Assembly (NCBI RefSeq): GCF_009834535.1
Contig: NC_045707.1
Location: forward strand, 14,694,001 to 14,758,000
DNA: 64,000 bases
Origin: Camelus ferus
Lineage: Eukaryota
Reading direction: 5' to 3'
Part shown: in pieces, positions 47,051-61,843 of the stretch
How the letters are laid out: each line of letters opens with the position of its first letter
Numbering within the stretch: the first letter of the stretch is position 1
Program-made: the position numbers and the translations under genes
Notes under the pieces: generated by a model
Told to the model about the DNA's origin: nothing
The model's input: the letters and a program-made list of their open reading frames with translations, nothing else
The model's database searches: none

Positions 47051-49145
47051 TCAGGCTTGGCCCCTGTGAAGGGGGAAGTGGCCAGAGTTCCACTCACCTG
47101 CTCTAGGATCACCAAGGCTGCGAAGAGGGTGCAGTGACCTAGACTAGGGAGCCAGGATCCTGGTCCCAGGTGGTCATTTCTCTTTGCCTCAGTTTCCCTA
47201 TCCATTGCTGGATGGCTGGAAGGTGCCTTGGACAAGATGAAGATGGAGCTGAGAACTGACTTCTCTCGCTGGACAGTTACCAGTAGAGCACTCAAGGAGC
47301 GCCCACGGCAGGGCAATCTCAGCTGGCAGGAGAATCTCCCTTCTGGGTGGCTTGGCTTCCGCCCACCTCCAAGCCCTACTCCTGCCCCTTGGGAGGGGTC
47401 AGCTTTGGCCTCAGAGTTTGGCCCTAGCAGAAGCTGGGGGAGACCCAGAGATCTTCAGCCTGCCCCCATGCTTCCCTTGGCTCACAGGCATCCTTGCCAG
47501 CAGAGGTCTCCTGCTCTTCCCAGGATCCTGGATCTGCACTCCGGTTAGTCCATATTTCTGCTCTAGACTCACAAACTTGTTTCTCATGGGAGGGCCTCAG
47601 GATCCCAAACTGAGCCCAGGGAAAGAGCCTGATCTTGGGTTGCACAGACCAGACCGAGGCTAAACCACCTTAGGGAGATCCAGTGGCAGCGAAGGGGTTA
47701 GGCGCCACTGTGCTCCTGCCTGACTCACCCTCCCAGCTCTAACCACTGTGGGCTATTTTTGCCAGAGAGGGGCCCCAGGCTTCCCAGCCGCCCCCCGCCC
47801 CTGCCAGACCGCAGCCCAAGGCACGGCTGGCCCCGAGAGCCCAAGGCTGGCACGTTGACTCAGAGACAGGCCCCCCGGAGAAGTAGAGCCATGGGGCTGA
47901 AACCCACAGCCACAGTCATCTCTTCCTTGGTAGTGGCCATGCAGCTCTGCTTGGGCAGCCAGCCTCCAGTTTGTGCAGCTGCAGGTCCTGCCCCGTGCTG
48001 CAGGGGTCACTGCTGTCTAGGGGGCAGAGCTGTCTGAACACCATTAGTGACTTTCATCTGTTGGGATATTTATCAACCACCTTTATGTGTCAGGCCTCAT
48101 GCAGGCTGGGGAGGTGAAAGTGCCATGGTTCCTGACACTGGACAGCTATGACCCCAGAAGGTTGCTTTTCTCTGCCTTCTCACCTCTGGGAGAGAGGTGA
48201 GAAGGAGAAGGAGCCCTAGAGCTCTTGCCCCTGCTTCCTGTTTAGGGGCCAAGAACCCAAGTAGGTGTGGCTTTTGAAGCCACCAGGAACTGTACCCTAT
48301 CTCAGTAGCTTTTGTCCTTACACCTGGATTCAGTGATTGTCACCAGTGTCCTTGTCCTGTTCCCTGCATGTCAGCCTGGAACTTTACCTACATCCCCTGG
48401 AGGAGGGGAACCAGGTTTCCTATGCCCCTCTTCTACCAGGGGGACCTCTTAGACGTTTGTGTTCTCCATGTGTCTCTGGTTCTCCCTCCGGTTTCAGGTT
48501 GCTTCTTCTGATTCTACCCTTGTCAGGCTCAGTATAGTCAGGTGCCAAGGAAGGACCAGGGTCAGAACTATTACCACAGATTCCAACTTCTTAGTGACCC
48601 CAGGACTTCCCCAAGCTGACCTGTCCCAAATCCAAGGACCCATGCTTCTGTTTTGTCTCCCCACAGAAGCCCAGCTCTGGGACAGGAGGTCACAGGCAAG
48701 CAGACTGGGTGGCCTGAGCTGGCCCCCAGTGCCCTCTGTCCGACCGGCTGGCCTGAGCACTGACCCGCAGGCGGCTGGAGGGTGGTGGGGCAGGCGGGGC
48801 CTGGAGAGGGCTGCGGGTACACACCCATTGCCTAATACCCCAAGCACGCGGCCAGCTCCAGGAAAGGGGAGGGCGGGAACCAGAGAGACCTTGACAAGGG
48901 TTGGGGCCATGACAGCAGGGGGAAAGTGAGGGGCTATCATTACTTCAGGGAGAGAATGGGAGCAAGATAGTCCCCCTTCCCCTCAAGGACAGGAAGGGAA
49001 GGGGGCTGCCTTCCCATCATGGGGATGGAGGATGTATTGAGAGCAATCTGAGAAGAACACTGGGGCCCTATAGGGCGGGGGTCAAAGAAAAGAGTGGGGG
49101 CCCCTGGAGATTGGGGGATCCAGCAACTGAGGCGGCGGCTTTAGC

Positions 49146-49202
49146 TGAGTGCAGGGAGCCTCCCCCCTCCTCCCCCTCCTCCCCCCTCCTCCCCCCTCCC
49201 CT
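49146..49202. repeat. (CCCCC(C)TCCT)n tandem repeat, G-quadruplex potential on the minus strand
   Basis: tcccccctcctccccctcctcccccctcctcccccctcccc (49161-49202): four to five runs of 4-6 C. Confidence 0.8.
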
Positions 49203-49729
49203 GTTTGCCTTGGCCCGGGGTCCCGGGTGACTCATCTATTGCTGAGCCGCTGATAGGGGCGGCCAGGCCCGGGGAACCCAAATTATAGGCCCGGGAGGGA
49301 TGGATGCGCCCGCGGCGGCGGTGAGCTCAGCTGTGCTGCCCACCCTCTGCCTCTCACGCCTTCTGCTGCAGCACCGCAGGCCGCCACCTGGAGGCACCAA
49401 AGGGTCCGCTGCGCTGGACTCTCAGGAAACCCCCCACATTCAGCAGTTGGCCCCAACAAATCTGTGGGATCACCCACGACAGAACTTTGCCCTCTTCTCT
49501 AACGAAGGTGGATGCCTTTCCAGCCTAAGGAGGTAGTGCCACCTGCTGGTGCTTCAAAGGAAGGCAGGCTCCTCTGCCCACAAACTCAGCTTTGGTCCCC
49601 TGATGCCTCCCTAGACCCATTCAAGGTAAAGCCTCTTACCTCTCCAACAACTCTTTCCCCTATTCCTATTCCATGGGAGTGGTTTGCAACTGATTTTTGA
49701 CTTTCAGACTTTAAAGTTATCCATGGTCA

Positions 49730-51290
49730 AAACTGATACAGAGAAAAACAAAACAGGGTAAAGGAGATAGTGGAATTCCATTTTATATAGGGGGAGGAAA
49801 AGGGATGTGAAGAAAAAAACTCATGGAGACATCTGAGGAAGGACACCCTAGAAGGCAGAAAAGCAGGTGCAAAGATCTTGAGATAGGCATTTACTGGGTA
49901 TGTTCAAGGAATTAGCAAGGAGGCCAGTGTGACTGAGGGAGGAACCCATAGAGGAGAGTGGCAGGCAGTCAAGTTAGAGGACAAGGAAGGAGCAGGGTCA
50001 GATGATATAGGGCCTTGTAGGCAACATAAAGATTTTGCCTCTTCCTTTGAGTGAGATAGGGACTCGTTGGAAAATTCTGAACAGAGAATGCAATGATCTG
50101 ACTTTGTTTTAGAAAGAATGTCTCTGGCTGCTGTGTGGAAAATAGATTTTGGAGGCGCAAGGGCAGAGGCAGGGAGAGCTGTTAGGAGGCTATTGCCATA
50201 ATACAGGAAAGAGATGATGGTGGCTCTGACCTGTGCTGCAGGAGTGAGTGGTAAGAATGCATCGGATTCAAATGTACAATTGAATCACTGTGCTGTACAC
50301 CAGAAACTAACACAACATTGTAAATCAACAATACTTCAATTTTAAAAGGGAAAAAAAGAATGGATCAGATTCTACATATATTTTAGAAGGGTGGGATTTT
50401 TTAAAAAATGATTTGACACGGAGTATGAGAAACAGACACGTGGAGGATGGCTCTAAGATTCTTGCCCAGAGTAATTGAAAGGATGGAGCTGCCATTTACT
50501 GAGATGGACATGACAAAAAAGAGCAGGTGCAAGGGAAGAATCAGGAGCTTAGTTTTGGACCTTGTACATTTTGAGATGTTTATTCAAGTATTAGATATAC
50601 AAGTCCAGAGTTCAGGGCCAGAGGTAAAATTAGGGAGTGTGAGACTAGATAGTTCACCAAGGGCATGCACGTAGACCAAGAAGAAGCTCCAGATTGAATT
50701 GGGGTGCACTCCAACGAGTCATGTGGAAACTGGGTACAAAGGTGGAACCAGATAAACAGACTGAGAAGGTGAGCAGCCAGGAAGGTAGGAATGGTGTTCC
50801 AGAAATCAAGTGACAATATTTCAAGAAGGAAGTGTTCAAATCTGCCTGCTGTTCCTAAAAAGTTGATTAGGGGAAGAACTGAGATTTTACTGTAGAGCAA
50901 AATGGAGGTCATGGATGATTTTGATAAGGAAATATAGAGGGTTCAAAGTTGTGATTAGGGTGGTAAAAAGGGAGAATAAAGAAAAAACTGGTACTGGTGA
51001 TTAAAGGAACACTTTTGAGTTCTGCAATAACAGAGAGCAGAGAAATGGGGCAATCTTGGGTGGTAATGTGAAGTTAAAGGAAGCTTTTGGATTTTTCAGA
51101 TGGGAGACATTACAGCATATTTGTATGCTTATGGGTATGACCCAGTAGGGAGGTAAATTGATGATGCAGGAAAGAAAGAGAGGACAATTGACAGAGTTAT
51201 GATTTGATCTAAATAGAAAATTTGGACCAGGACAAACACAATGTGACCAAGACCTAGAGCCATCCCACTCTTTCCCACTATTCCTGGTGG
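49730..51290 (-). mobile_element. Long L2 remnant, antisense, interrupted by an L1 tail at 50270-50355
   Basis: ggaaaattctgaacagagaatgcaatgatctgactttgttttagaaagaatgtctctggctgctgtgtggaaaatagatt and similar. Confidence 0.8.
50270..50355 (+). mobile_element. 5'-truncated L1 tail with 17-bp TSD
   Basis: tgtacaattgaatcactgtgctgtacaccagaaactaacacaacattgtaaatcaacaatacttcaatttt; flanks AAGAATGCATCGGATTC (50253-50269) and AAGAATGGATCAGATTC (50356-50372). Confidence 0.8.
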
Positions 51291-51989
51291 GCAGAATGGT
51301 GGAATGAAGGGCACTGGATCCTTCTTTCTCCTCTTCCCACCTCTGCTTGTCACCAGTGGCCACAGACTGGGCTGCCCTTCTTACAGCCCAGCTCACTCCT
51401 CCTCCCACCAAGCCAAAAGATGTGACCCAGGCTCCAGTGGGAAGAAACTCCTAAGGGACAAAGGACCAGCTGCCCATGGTACACTGTCTATTTATGCAAG
51501 CCATCCATGCTGGGTGGCCTCTGCAGAGACTCCTGGCATTGGGGCCTGTGGAGGATGCATGGCCAGTATCCCTTGGCCCTCAGGGTCACATCCTTGGAGG
51601 GGCCAGGTATACTGGACTGGGCAAAGGGCCTGGGAAAGTATTCCCCTCAAAAATAACCTCCATCAGGCTTCATTTGGGTTAAATATGCATCTCATTTAAA
51701 ATGCATGTGCCCCAGGAAGATTAAACTTACCAGGCATTATTCCTTAGAGTGATTTCTCTGCATTAGAGGGGAGACCTGGTCATTTCTGGGACTTGGAACT
51801 CTGTAGGATCAGGCCTGGGTACATTATTCAGTCAAAAAGCATCCTAAATGCAGGGAAAATGAAAAACAGAGGATCCAAAAGGGAGGCAGGAAGACCCTAA
51901 AGATCATTTGCATTTATCTGTCAGTTTTGAGAAGGGTCCCCAGCCTGCTACTTCTGCACATTCACAAGCTGCCAGTAAGGTGGAAGGAG

Positions 51990-52110
51990 CATGGGCTTTG
52001 AGCCAAAATGGTCTGGGTTTTAACCTGGCTTTATCATTTATTCATTTATTAGCTATGTGGCCCTTGGACAACTGCCTAATCTAGTTTTTCCTCTGTAAAA
52101 TGAGGAGAGA
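51990..52110 (+). mobile_element. MIR
   Basis: gggctttgagccaaaatggtctgggttt...tagctatgtggcccttggacaactgcctaatctagtttttcctctgtaaaatgagg. Confidence 0.65.
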
Positions 52111-53684
52111 AGAGAGATGTAAATGAGATCCTCCCCCCCTTCCAGAGGCCATCTGTGTGTGGTGGTAGGGCATAATAATCAGGCTGGCAGTGCCCCCTAG
52201 GCCCCACATAGGGAACAGCAGCTACTTCTTCAATAGGAGGCAGAGGTGGCCTTGAGGCTGAGATTAAGTGGGGACATGAGAGAGAAAAGTGTATAAAGGA
52301 TGAGATGGTCACAGGCACCCTAGGTATCCTGGCATGGTGAGAGTGAGAAGAGCCAGAGTTTTTGTTAGGGGGAGTGGAGACAGAAACTTGGCAGAAAAAT
52401 AAATTTTAAAAAAAAAGCAGACACATGGAGGCACAAGTTCCCTATTCTGGCTTCGGTTTAGCCAGCAGCCCTTCTCTCCCAGCTCCTCCATATGCACACC
52501 TGACATCTACTCCACTGCCCTTCCTTTCCTCTGAGACTTAGCCACTCCAGGCCTCACCCATCTTGATACCACCTTGGTTACAGGCCTCCTCTTCCTCCCC
52601 CAGTGACATGCACAAGTTGACCTATGCCATAGGGTGACACACCATAGGATGACACAAGGTAAACAGGGTGGAAGTGACACATGTATGCATATTGAACTCC
52701 CACGCATCCATCCATCCACCCACCTCCACACACAGTTCCAGACACTCTTCCTCAGTCAACCTTCTGGGTCTCTCCTGATGTAGCTGCCACCTCCTTCCTG
52801 ACACATAGGAGATGATGCACTGCCCCAGGTGGTGGCTGTGAAAAGATGACTGGATGATCCCTTTTGGCCTAAGTTCCAAGATCCTTGGGAAAGTCTCCCA
52901 ACATCCCTCCTCAGAACATGGAGTTTCTGCCCATGAGGACACACATGAATGTGCATCCCCTCAGAACATACTCATACACATTCTCACACTCACACGTGCA
53001 CTGTCCTATTTACACGTTCACACAAGCACAGCCACTTGTGCACTCTCAGCCCACAAGCACAAACCGCCTCTGCCTAATGTTTGAGGGCTTTGTTTGGTCA
53101 GCTCACCCCGCAACCCACCCCTGGGATTTTCCTGGCCACAGCCCCACCCCCACCCCCAGTCTCCCCTTTTTCCTTTCCTGTCCAGCCGTCGGGGATTCCT
53201 GGGCGGGGAGACGTCTCCCTGGAGTCGCTGCCCAGAACCACAGTTTTCCTTCTTCCACTCAGGATGGGGGAGAGAGGGGACGCCGGCGGGGCCCGGGGTG
53301 ACGTCGAGGGTACAGCCCCATGGCAGCGGGCAGCAAAGCGGCTGGGTTCCTGGCAAATTTGTCCCCAAAGCATATTTTCGCTGCGCCCCCTGGCGGACGG
53401 TGGTCCCCGACGGGCTCCGGGCGCGCAGAGTAGTGAGGCGGGCGCGCGTGGGAGGGAGTCCCAAGGGGAGGGGTCGGCGGCCAGTGCAGGCCCGGAGGCG
53501 GGAGCCACCGGGCAGGGGGCGGGGGTGAGCCCCGACGGCCAGCCCGTCAGCTCTCGGCTCAGACGGGCGGGGAGCCACGGCCCCGCTCGCTGCCCATTGT
53601 CTGCGCCCCTGACCGGTGCGCCCTGGTGCCACAGTGCGGCCCCGCGGGGCAACCTCCCATCGTCATTTCAGCCAGAGCCGCAAC

Positions 53685-53689
53685 TATAA
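53685..53689 (+). promoter_or_regulatory. WNT1 TATA box (TATAA)
   Basis: caacTATAAgaggcgg, about 205 nt above the ATG; implies a TSS near 53715. Confidence 0.7.
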
Positions 53690-53776
53690 GAGGCGGTGCC
53701 GCCCGCCGTGGCTGCCTCAGCCCACCAGCTGGGACCGCGAGCCATGCAGCCGGTTGCCCGCCCCCAGGGCTGTTAG

Positions 53777-56924
<3,148 letters not shown>

Positions 56925-57637
56925 GGCGCTGCGCGGGCTCGCCCGGAGGAGGGTTCTCTTCAAGCCCACCCCCGAACAGATTCTCTGGCACCTAAGACCC
57001 TGATCTGCGCCCACCCAGTCCCTCCAGCCACACTCCGCGATTTATTCGTACCCAGTCTTTTCTCCCACCTTCTCCTACCCGGGGACTCCTGAAACCACTT
57101 GCCTGGGGCGGCATGAACCCTCTGGCCATCCTGATTGACCTGCCCTGGACCTACCTCCCTCCCTCTCCGCGGGAGACCCCTTGTTGCACTGCCCTCTGCT
57201 TGGCCAGGAGGTGAGAGAAGGATTCGTCCCCTCCCCCATCAGGGTCAGCTCCTAACATGTTGCTCCGCTTCCACCGCGCCAGCAACTCCCCTGCCTCTCT
57301 CCCTCTCCTTTATCCTCCGTTTTCTCCAGGTCGCATTCTCCTGCCAAGGGAGCAGACCCTGAACACACACCTGGGCATCAGGGCCTTTCTCCTCCCCACC
57401 TACAGCTGAAGAGGGAGGTTCCAGGGTGAAAGCGCAGCTGTTGTGATGTGGAAAATGAGGTTGGGGGACCCAACAGAAATATCCCCATTCTCCNNNNNNN
57501 NNNNNNNNNNNNNNNNNNNNNNNNNNNNNNNNNNNNNNNNNNNNNNNNNNNNNNNNNNNNNNNNNNNNNNNNNNNNNNNNNNNNNNNNNNNNNNNNNNNN
57601 NNNNNNNNNNNNNNNNNNNNNNNNNTTGGTTGTTGTA

Positions 57638-57643
57638 AATAAA
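57638..57643 (+). terminator. WNT1 proximal AATAAA
   Basis: ttgtaAATAAAactattt. Confidence 0.5.
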
Positions 57644-57865
57644 ACTATTTATTGTGCTGGGTTCCAGCCTGGTTTGCAGAGACCACTTCCACCCCAACCC
57701 AATCCCTTGCTATTCTTCTCTCCTTCTGCCCTCCAGCCTTTTCTGACCCCTCTTCTCCTCTCCTCAATTTCTCAAAGATGCCTTTGCCTACCGGAATCAG
57801 TATTTCCTTCCACTGTAGCTATTAGTGGCTCCTCGCCCCCACCAACGTAGTATCTTCCTCTGCAG

Positions 57866-57871
57866 AATAAA
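57866..57871 (+). terminator. WNT1 distal AATAAA
   Basis: gcagAATAAAatctctatttttatcaatgacttggtggcttttt with a downstream U/GU-rich element. Confidence 0.65.
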
Positions 57872-60800
57872 ATCTCTATTTTTATCAATGACTTGGTGGC
57901 TTTTCCTTGAATCCAGAACACACCATTGCTTACCTCCTTTAAACAGATAGGATACATTGTTGGGGGACTGATTTCCTGGCCCTAGAAGAGGATTCTGAGC
58001 TTCTGTCCCTTGGATGACCCTAACGAGGCTACTGGAGAGCCAGGTCTCTAGAATAAACTGCTCAGGAGCCAAAAGACCCTGCAGTGTTCTTCCTATTTGA
58101 AAACGAATCTGTGTGATATTGGGCAAGTCCATAACTGCCTCAGTTTCCTCCCCTGCTGAGTGGGGATTAAACAAACAAACTCTAAGCCTGCCTTTCCTAT
58201 GTAGAAGAGTTGTGAAAATAGCCACAACTGAGTGATAGCCGTGGTGTTCTGAAAAGAAACTGAAGAAGAAAGAGAAACTCAAACAGAAAGGGTGCTGCTG
58301 CCCCCAATGTAGAGCTTTTGGTCCCTGAAGCCCATCTGGGCCAACTGTGGTCAGGGTGTTGGGCAGTGGGGAAGCCACTCCCCTCCCCAAGATGAGGAAA
58401 CACCTTATTTGGATCTTCCAACACTTGGGCTCAGTAGAATCTGGGTAACAAGTGATGTGCCCCAAAGTTCAGAGATGAGGATGAGGGAGAAGAAAGGAGC
58501 AAGTGGGTTAAAATCCAATAGAGGCTAGATTTAAACCAGTGTAAGCAAAGGAAACCCAAGTGTGATCCATAACCAAACCATGAAGCTAGCCATTGCCCTA
58601 AAGAGCCCGAATGAGGATTCTTTTACTAACAACACCGATACCTCTGTGTGCATTTCACCAAAGTTGGGGCAGTACTAATCCTACCCACTGCCCTAAATGT
58701 ACCTCTAACTCTAATCCTCTCCCTCTCCCTAAGTCTAGGTCTAACCTTAGCCTTAACCTAACTTTAGACAAACACTAATGGCTTCCTGAGCTCTAATGTC
58801 TGTTCCTAATCCTAACACTTCCCCCCAGGGGAGGACCCAAAGGGAAGGGGGAGCTGTGAAGCACTCCACCCCCAAGAGCAACAACTGATCCCAGCCTACT
58901 GGAGAATTTCCCCCTCTCCCCGGGACTCTTTTGCTGCTGTTGCTGCCTCCCACCTCTCCCTGGCTGTGTGAACTCTGACCGCTGTTGGCCTTTGGGATAT
59001 GTATGGGGGTAGGGGAGTGGAGCCAGGAGCTGCTCAACTCTGCAAGGACATCCCTTTCCCTTTCTCTCTATCCACCAAGCTAGCACCAGCTCAGCTCTGA
59101 TGGGCAGCTGAGGGGGTGGAAGAGAAATCTTATTGATCCTGGGTAGAAGGCACCTGACAAGCCTTGGGTTTCCAGTAAAGAACCCCCTGCAAAGAATGTC
59201 CAGTCTCTAAACCAACGAGTTATTAGATCCTCCAGCTCCCAAAGCAAGAAGTTAATGAGCTGCCAGAGGCAGGAGAAGGGGCTTGGGCCCCTGCTGGACA
59301 ATACCCAGATTCGGGGAGAAGCAGAGGGTGGGGAGTGGAAGCGTTGGCAGATGTCCCCAACCACTCTCACCTAACTCCTAACTCTCTAGAATCCGTATCT
59401 GCTTTCAGGCCTAGAAGTTGGGGGTGGGCTCTGAGCTGAGCTACACATAGGAGCTGGAAGAAGAAAAAGGGAAGCAGTGAATCCTGTTCTGGTCTGAACC
59501 AGCCTTTCAAAAAATCTATTGCTTTCTCAGCTTCCGTTGCTTTGTCTATTCAACAGAGATAGTTGTTGGTACTTAGTCCTCTTGTTCATGAAAGTGATGA
59601 GGTTCAGATGAGATAATGTATGTGAAACCTCGGGTCATCTGAACGCTTGCTGACACCTCTTCTGTGCCAGGCATATGCCAAACGCTGGGGATACAGTGAT
59701 GAATGAGCCACAGAGCCTGCTTGGAAGAGTTTACAGTCTGGCCAGGGAATCAAGCACATTGACAGATATTGTTAGGGTAACAGGGGCAGTGCAGTGAAGG
59801 CTCAGTGAAGTGTAAAGCCCTCTGCACATGCGTGAGGTTTAAGGACTTACTCCCATACTGAAGTCCTCAGGATGGAGGCCCTTCACTTTCAGGCACTGGG
59901 GCTTCGAGGGAAGGGGTAGGGAACTGCAGAACAGGCTGGGCCCTCAAGGGGGCATGCTGTAATGAAACGAAAAAAGCCAGCAAAAGGGCCGTAGGAGCTG
60001 TAAAGCACTACCTAGGAGCTAATTATTTTATTCTGATCATCTGTGCCATCCTCACACTGGACGGGTAAATCCTGGGAGGAGAGCAGCTGTGCCTAGAGCG
60101 AGGCCTCACAGAGGTCTCAGGGCCCGGGGCAGGCTGGTGCGGGGGTCACCATAGGACAGTGTTATCAGGAATGGGCCTGATGCCCCAGCCTTGCCCTATC
60201 CACCAGGCTATCCTCCCGCCCACCTCTGATCCTCAGGTAGGATCTGAGACCGGCAGGGACCCCAGACACATGGTTGGCCTCAGTAAGTGAGGGAGGCACT
60301 AGTCCTGAAATATCCTGGGGGGAGCGGAAAAGCTGAGAGGACTGGGCCTGCACAGTCCCCAGGGGGTCAGCAAGCCGGCACCACACACACCCTGCCACAC
60401 GCACCCTGGAAAAACCCCGTCAGTGGGGCTGCAAATACCCCAGGGTCTAGCATCCCCCACCCCCCCACCTCAGGCTGGCTCAGTCCTCTTCTCCAGGCCA
60501 GAGGGAGNNNNNNNNNNNNNNNNNNNNNNNNNNNNNNNNNNNNNNNNNNNNNNNNNNNNNNNNNNNNNNNNNNNNNNNNNNNNNNNNNNNNNNNNNNNNN
60601 NNNNNNNNNNNNNNNNNNNNNNNNNNNNNNNNNNNNNNNNNNNNNNNNNNNNNNNNNNNNNNNNNNNNNNNNNNNNNNNNNNNNNNNNNNNNNNNNNNNN
60701 NNNNNNNNNNNNNNNNNNNNNNNNNNNNNNNNNNNNNNNNNNNATCCCCTGGGAGGGGATAGGGTGGGGTGGCTCCTAGGGAGGAGCCAGGGCTGCCCTG

Positions 60801-61539
60801 TTCCCTGGGGCCCAGGAGGAAGTGGGGCTTCCAAGAGGCTACTGCATTTTTTTTCTTTTTTGCCCTTTTCAAAGAGAAGGAACCACTGCCACTTCATTTT
60901 TTCTGGACATTTGCTCATCTGCTCGGAGGTGGGGTCCCCATACTCCCTGGGTCATGGCTGGAAGCTCAGAATGAATGGTGCCAAGTCCACTCACTCTGTG
61001 TCATGGTGCAGCCCAGCACCACTTCTCCTCACACCCAGCACCAAAGTTCACTCATTCATTCAACAGATATTGGCTGAGGGCCTGCTGAACACCAAGCCCT
61101 GTGCACACGCGTATCTGCGTGTATGCACGAGTATGGGCATGCACACCCCGCAGCCCCTACTCCCGTGCACTCACACCAGCTCCAGCCCCTCCTATGGACT
61201 TCTTGGCTTTAACCTGACAACCTCATAAGGCAGGATATAGCTTCAGGCTCCTGGTTCTGCCTCAGAGTAGGTTGCGGGGGAGAAGCGGGCTCACTGAGAA
61301 TGGGGCCCCTAAACATTCCTGCTTCTACTACCTCCCTGATAAATGAGAGAGTCCTTTCTCTCCTCCCTGCCCAATCATCCTACCAATGCAGGTGCCATGC
61401 AAGGAAGAAAGAGCCACTCGGTGAAAGGCTGAGGGCACCTGCCCAGGCTGCCAGAGCCTCCTGCCTCCCAGCCACTCACCAAGTAGGTACCAACCTGGGC
61501 AAGAGGGGGCAGTGCCACCCTGGGAAGCTCCCAGCTCTC

Positions 61540-61843
61540 CACCCCTAGAGCTGGACCCCTCCCTTCTCTCTCTTCCCTATTAATCCTCGGAAGTGAAGGG
61601 GCCGTCCCTGGCGGCCCCTCAGCCCTATTGTGGCCCCTCGCCCTCCTCGGCTGGCGTCTAATTAACTCCTTCTGCCCCCGGTTTTGTGTGCCCCCCTTAC
61701 CCCACCTTGTCGGCCCCGCCCCTCCGCTCGGCCGGCTCCCCCCCACGGACATTCCAGCCCGGCCGGGCCAGTGTGCCAGGGCAACCAGGGCCGGACCAAG
61801 GCCTAATCCCCCCGTCGCCCGGCCCGGCTAGGGGAGCCCCACT
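61540..61843. promoter_or_regulatory. Candidate Wnt1 3' neural-tube/midbrain enhancer core
   Basis: Non-repeat CpG-rich block about 3.7 kb past the polyA with TAATCC x2, TAATTA and CTATTGT; position agrees with the known mouse Wnt1 3' enhancer. Confidence 0.5.

Noticed and set aside
51724-51736. U1 snRNA 5'-end-like ACTTACCAGGCA
   Set aside because: Similarity stops after about 12 nt; no U1 body.
60287-61228. 313-aa ORF, the longest in the track
   Set aside because: Its length depends on reading through 236 N; the rest overlaps L2 remnant and simple sequence. Other X-containing ORFs outside known exons were rejected for the same reason.
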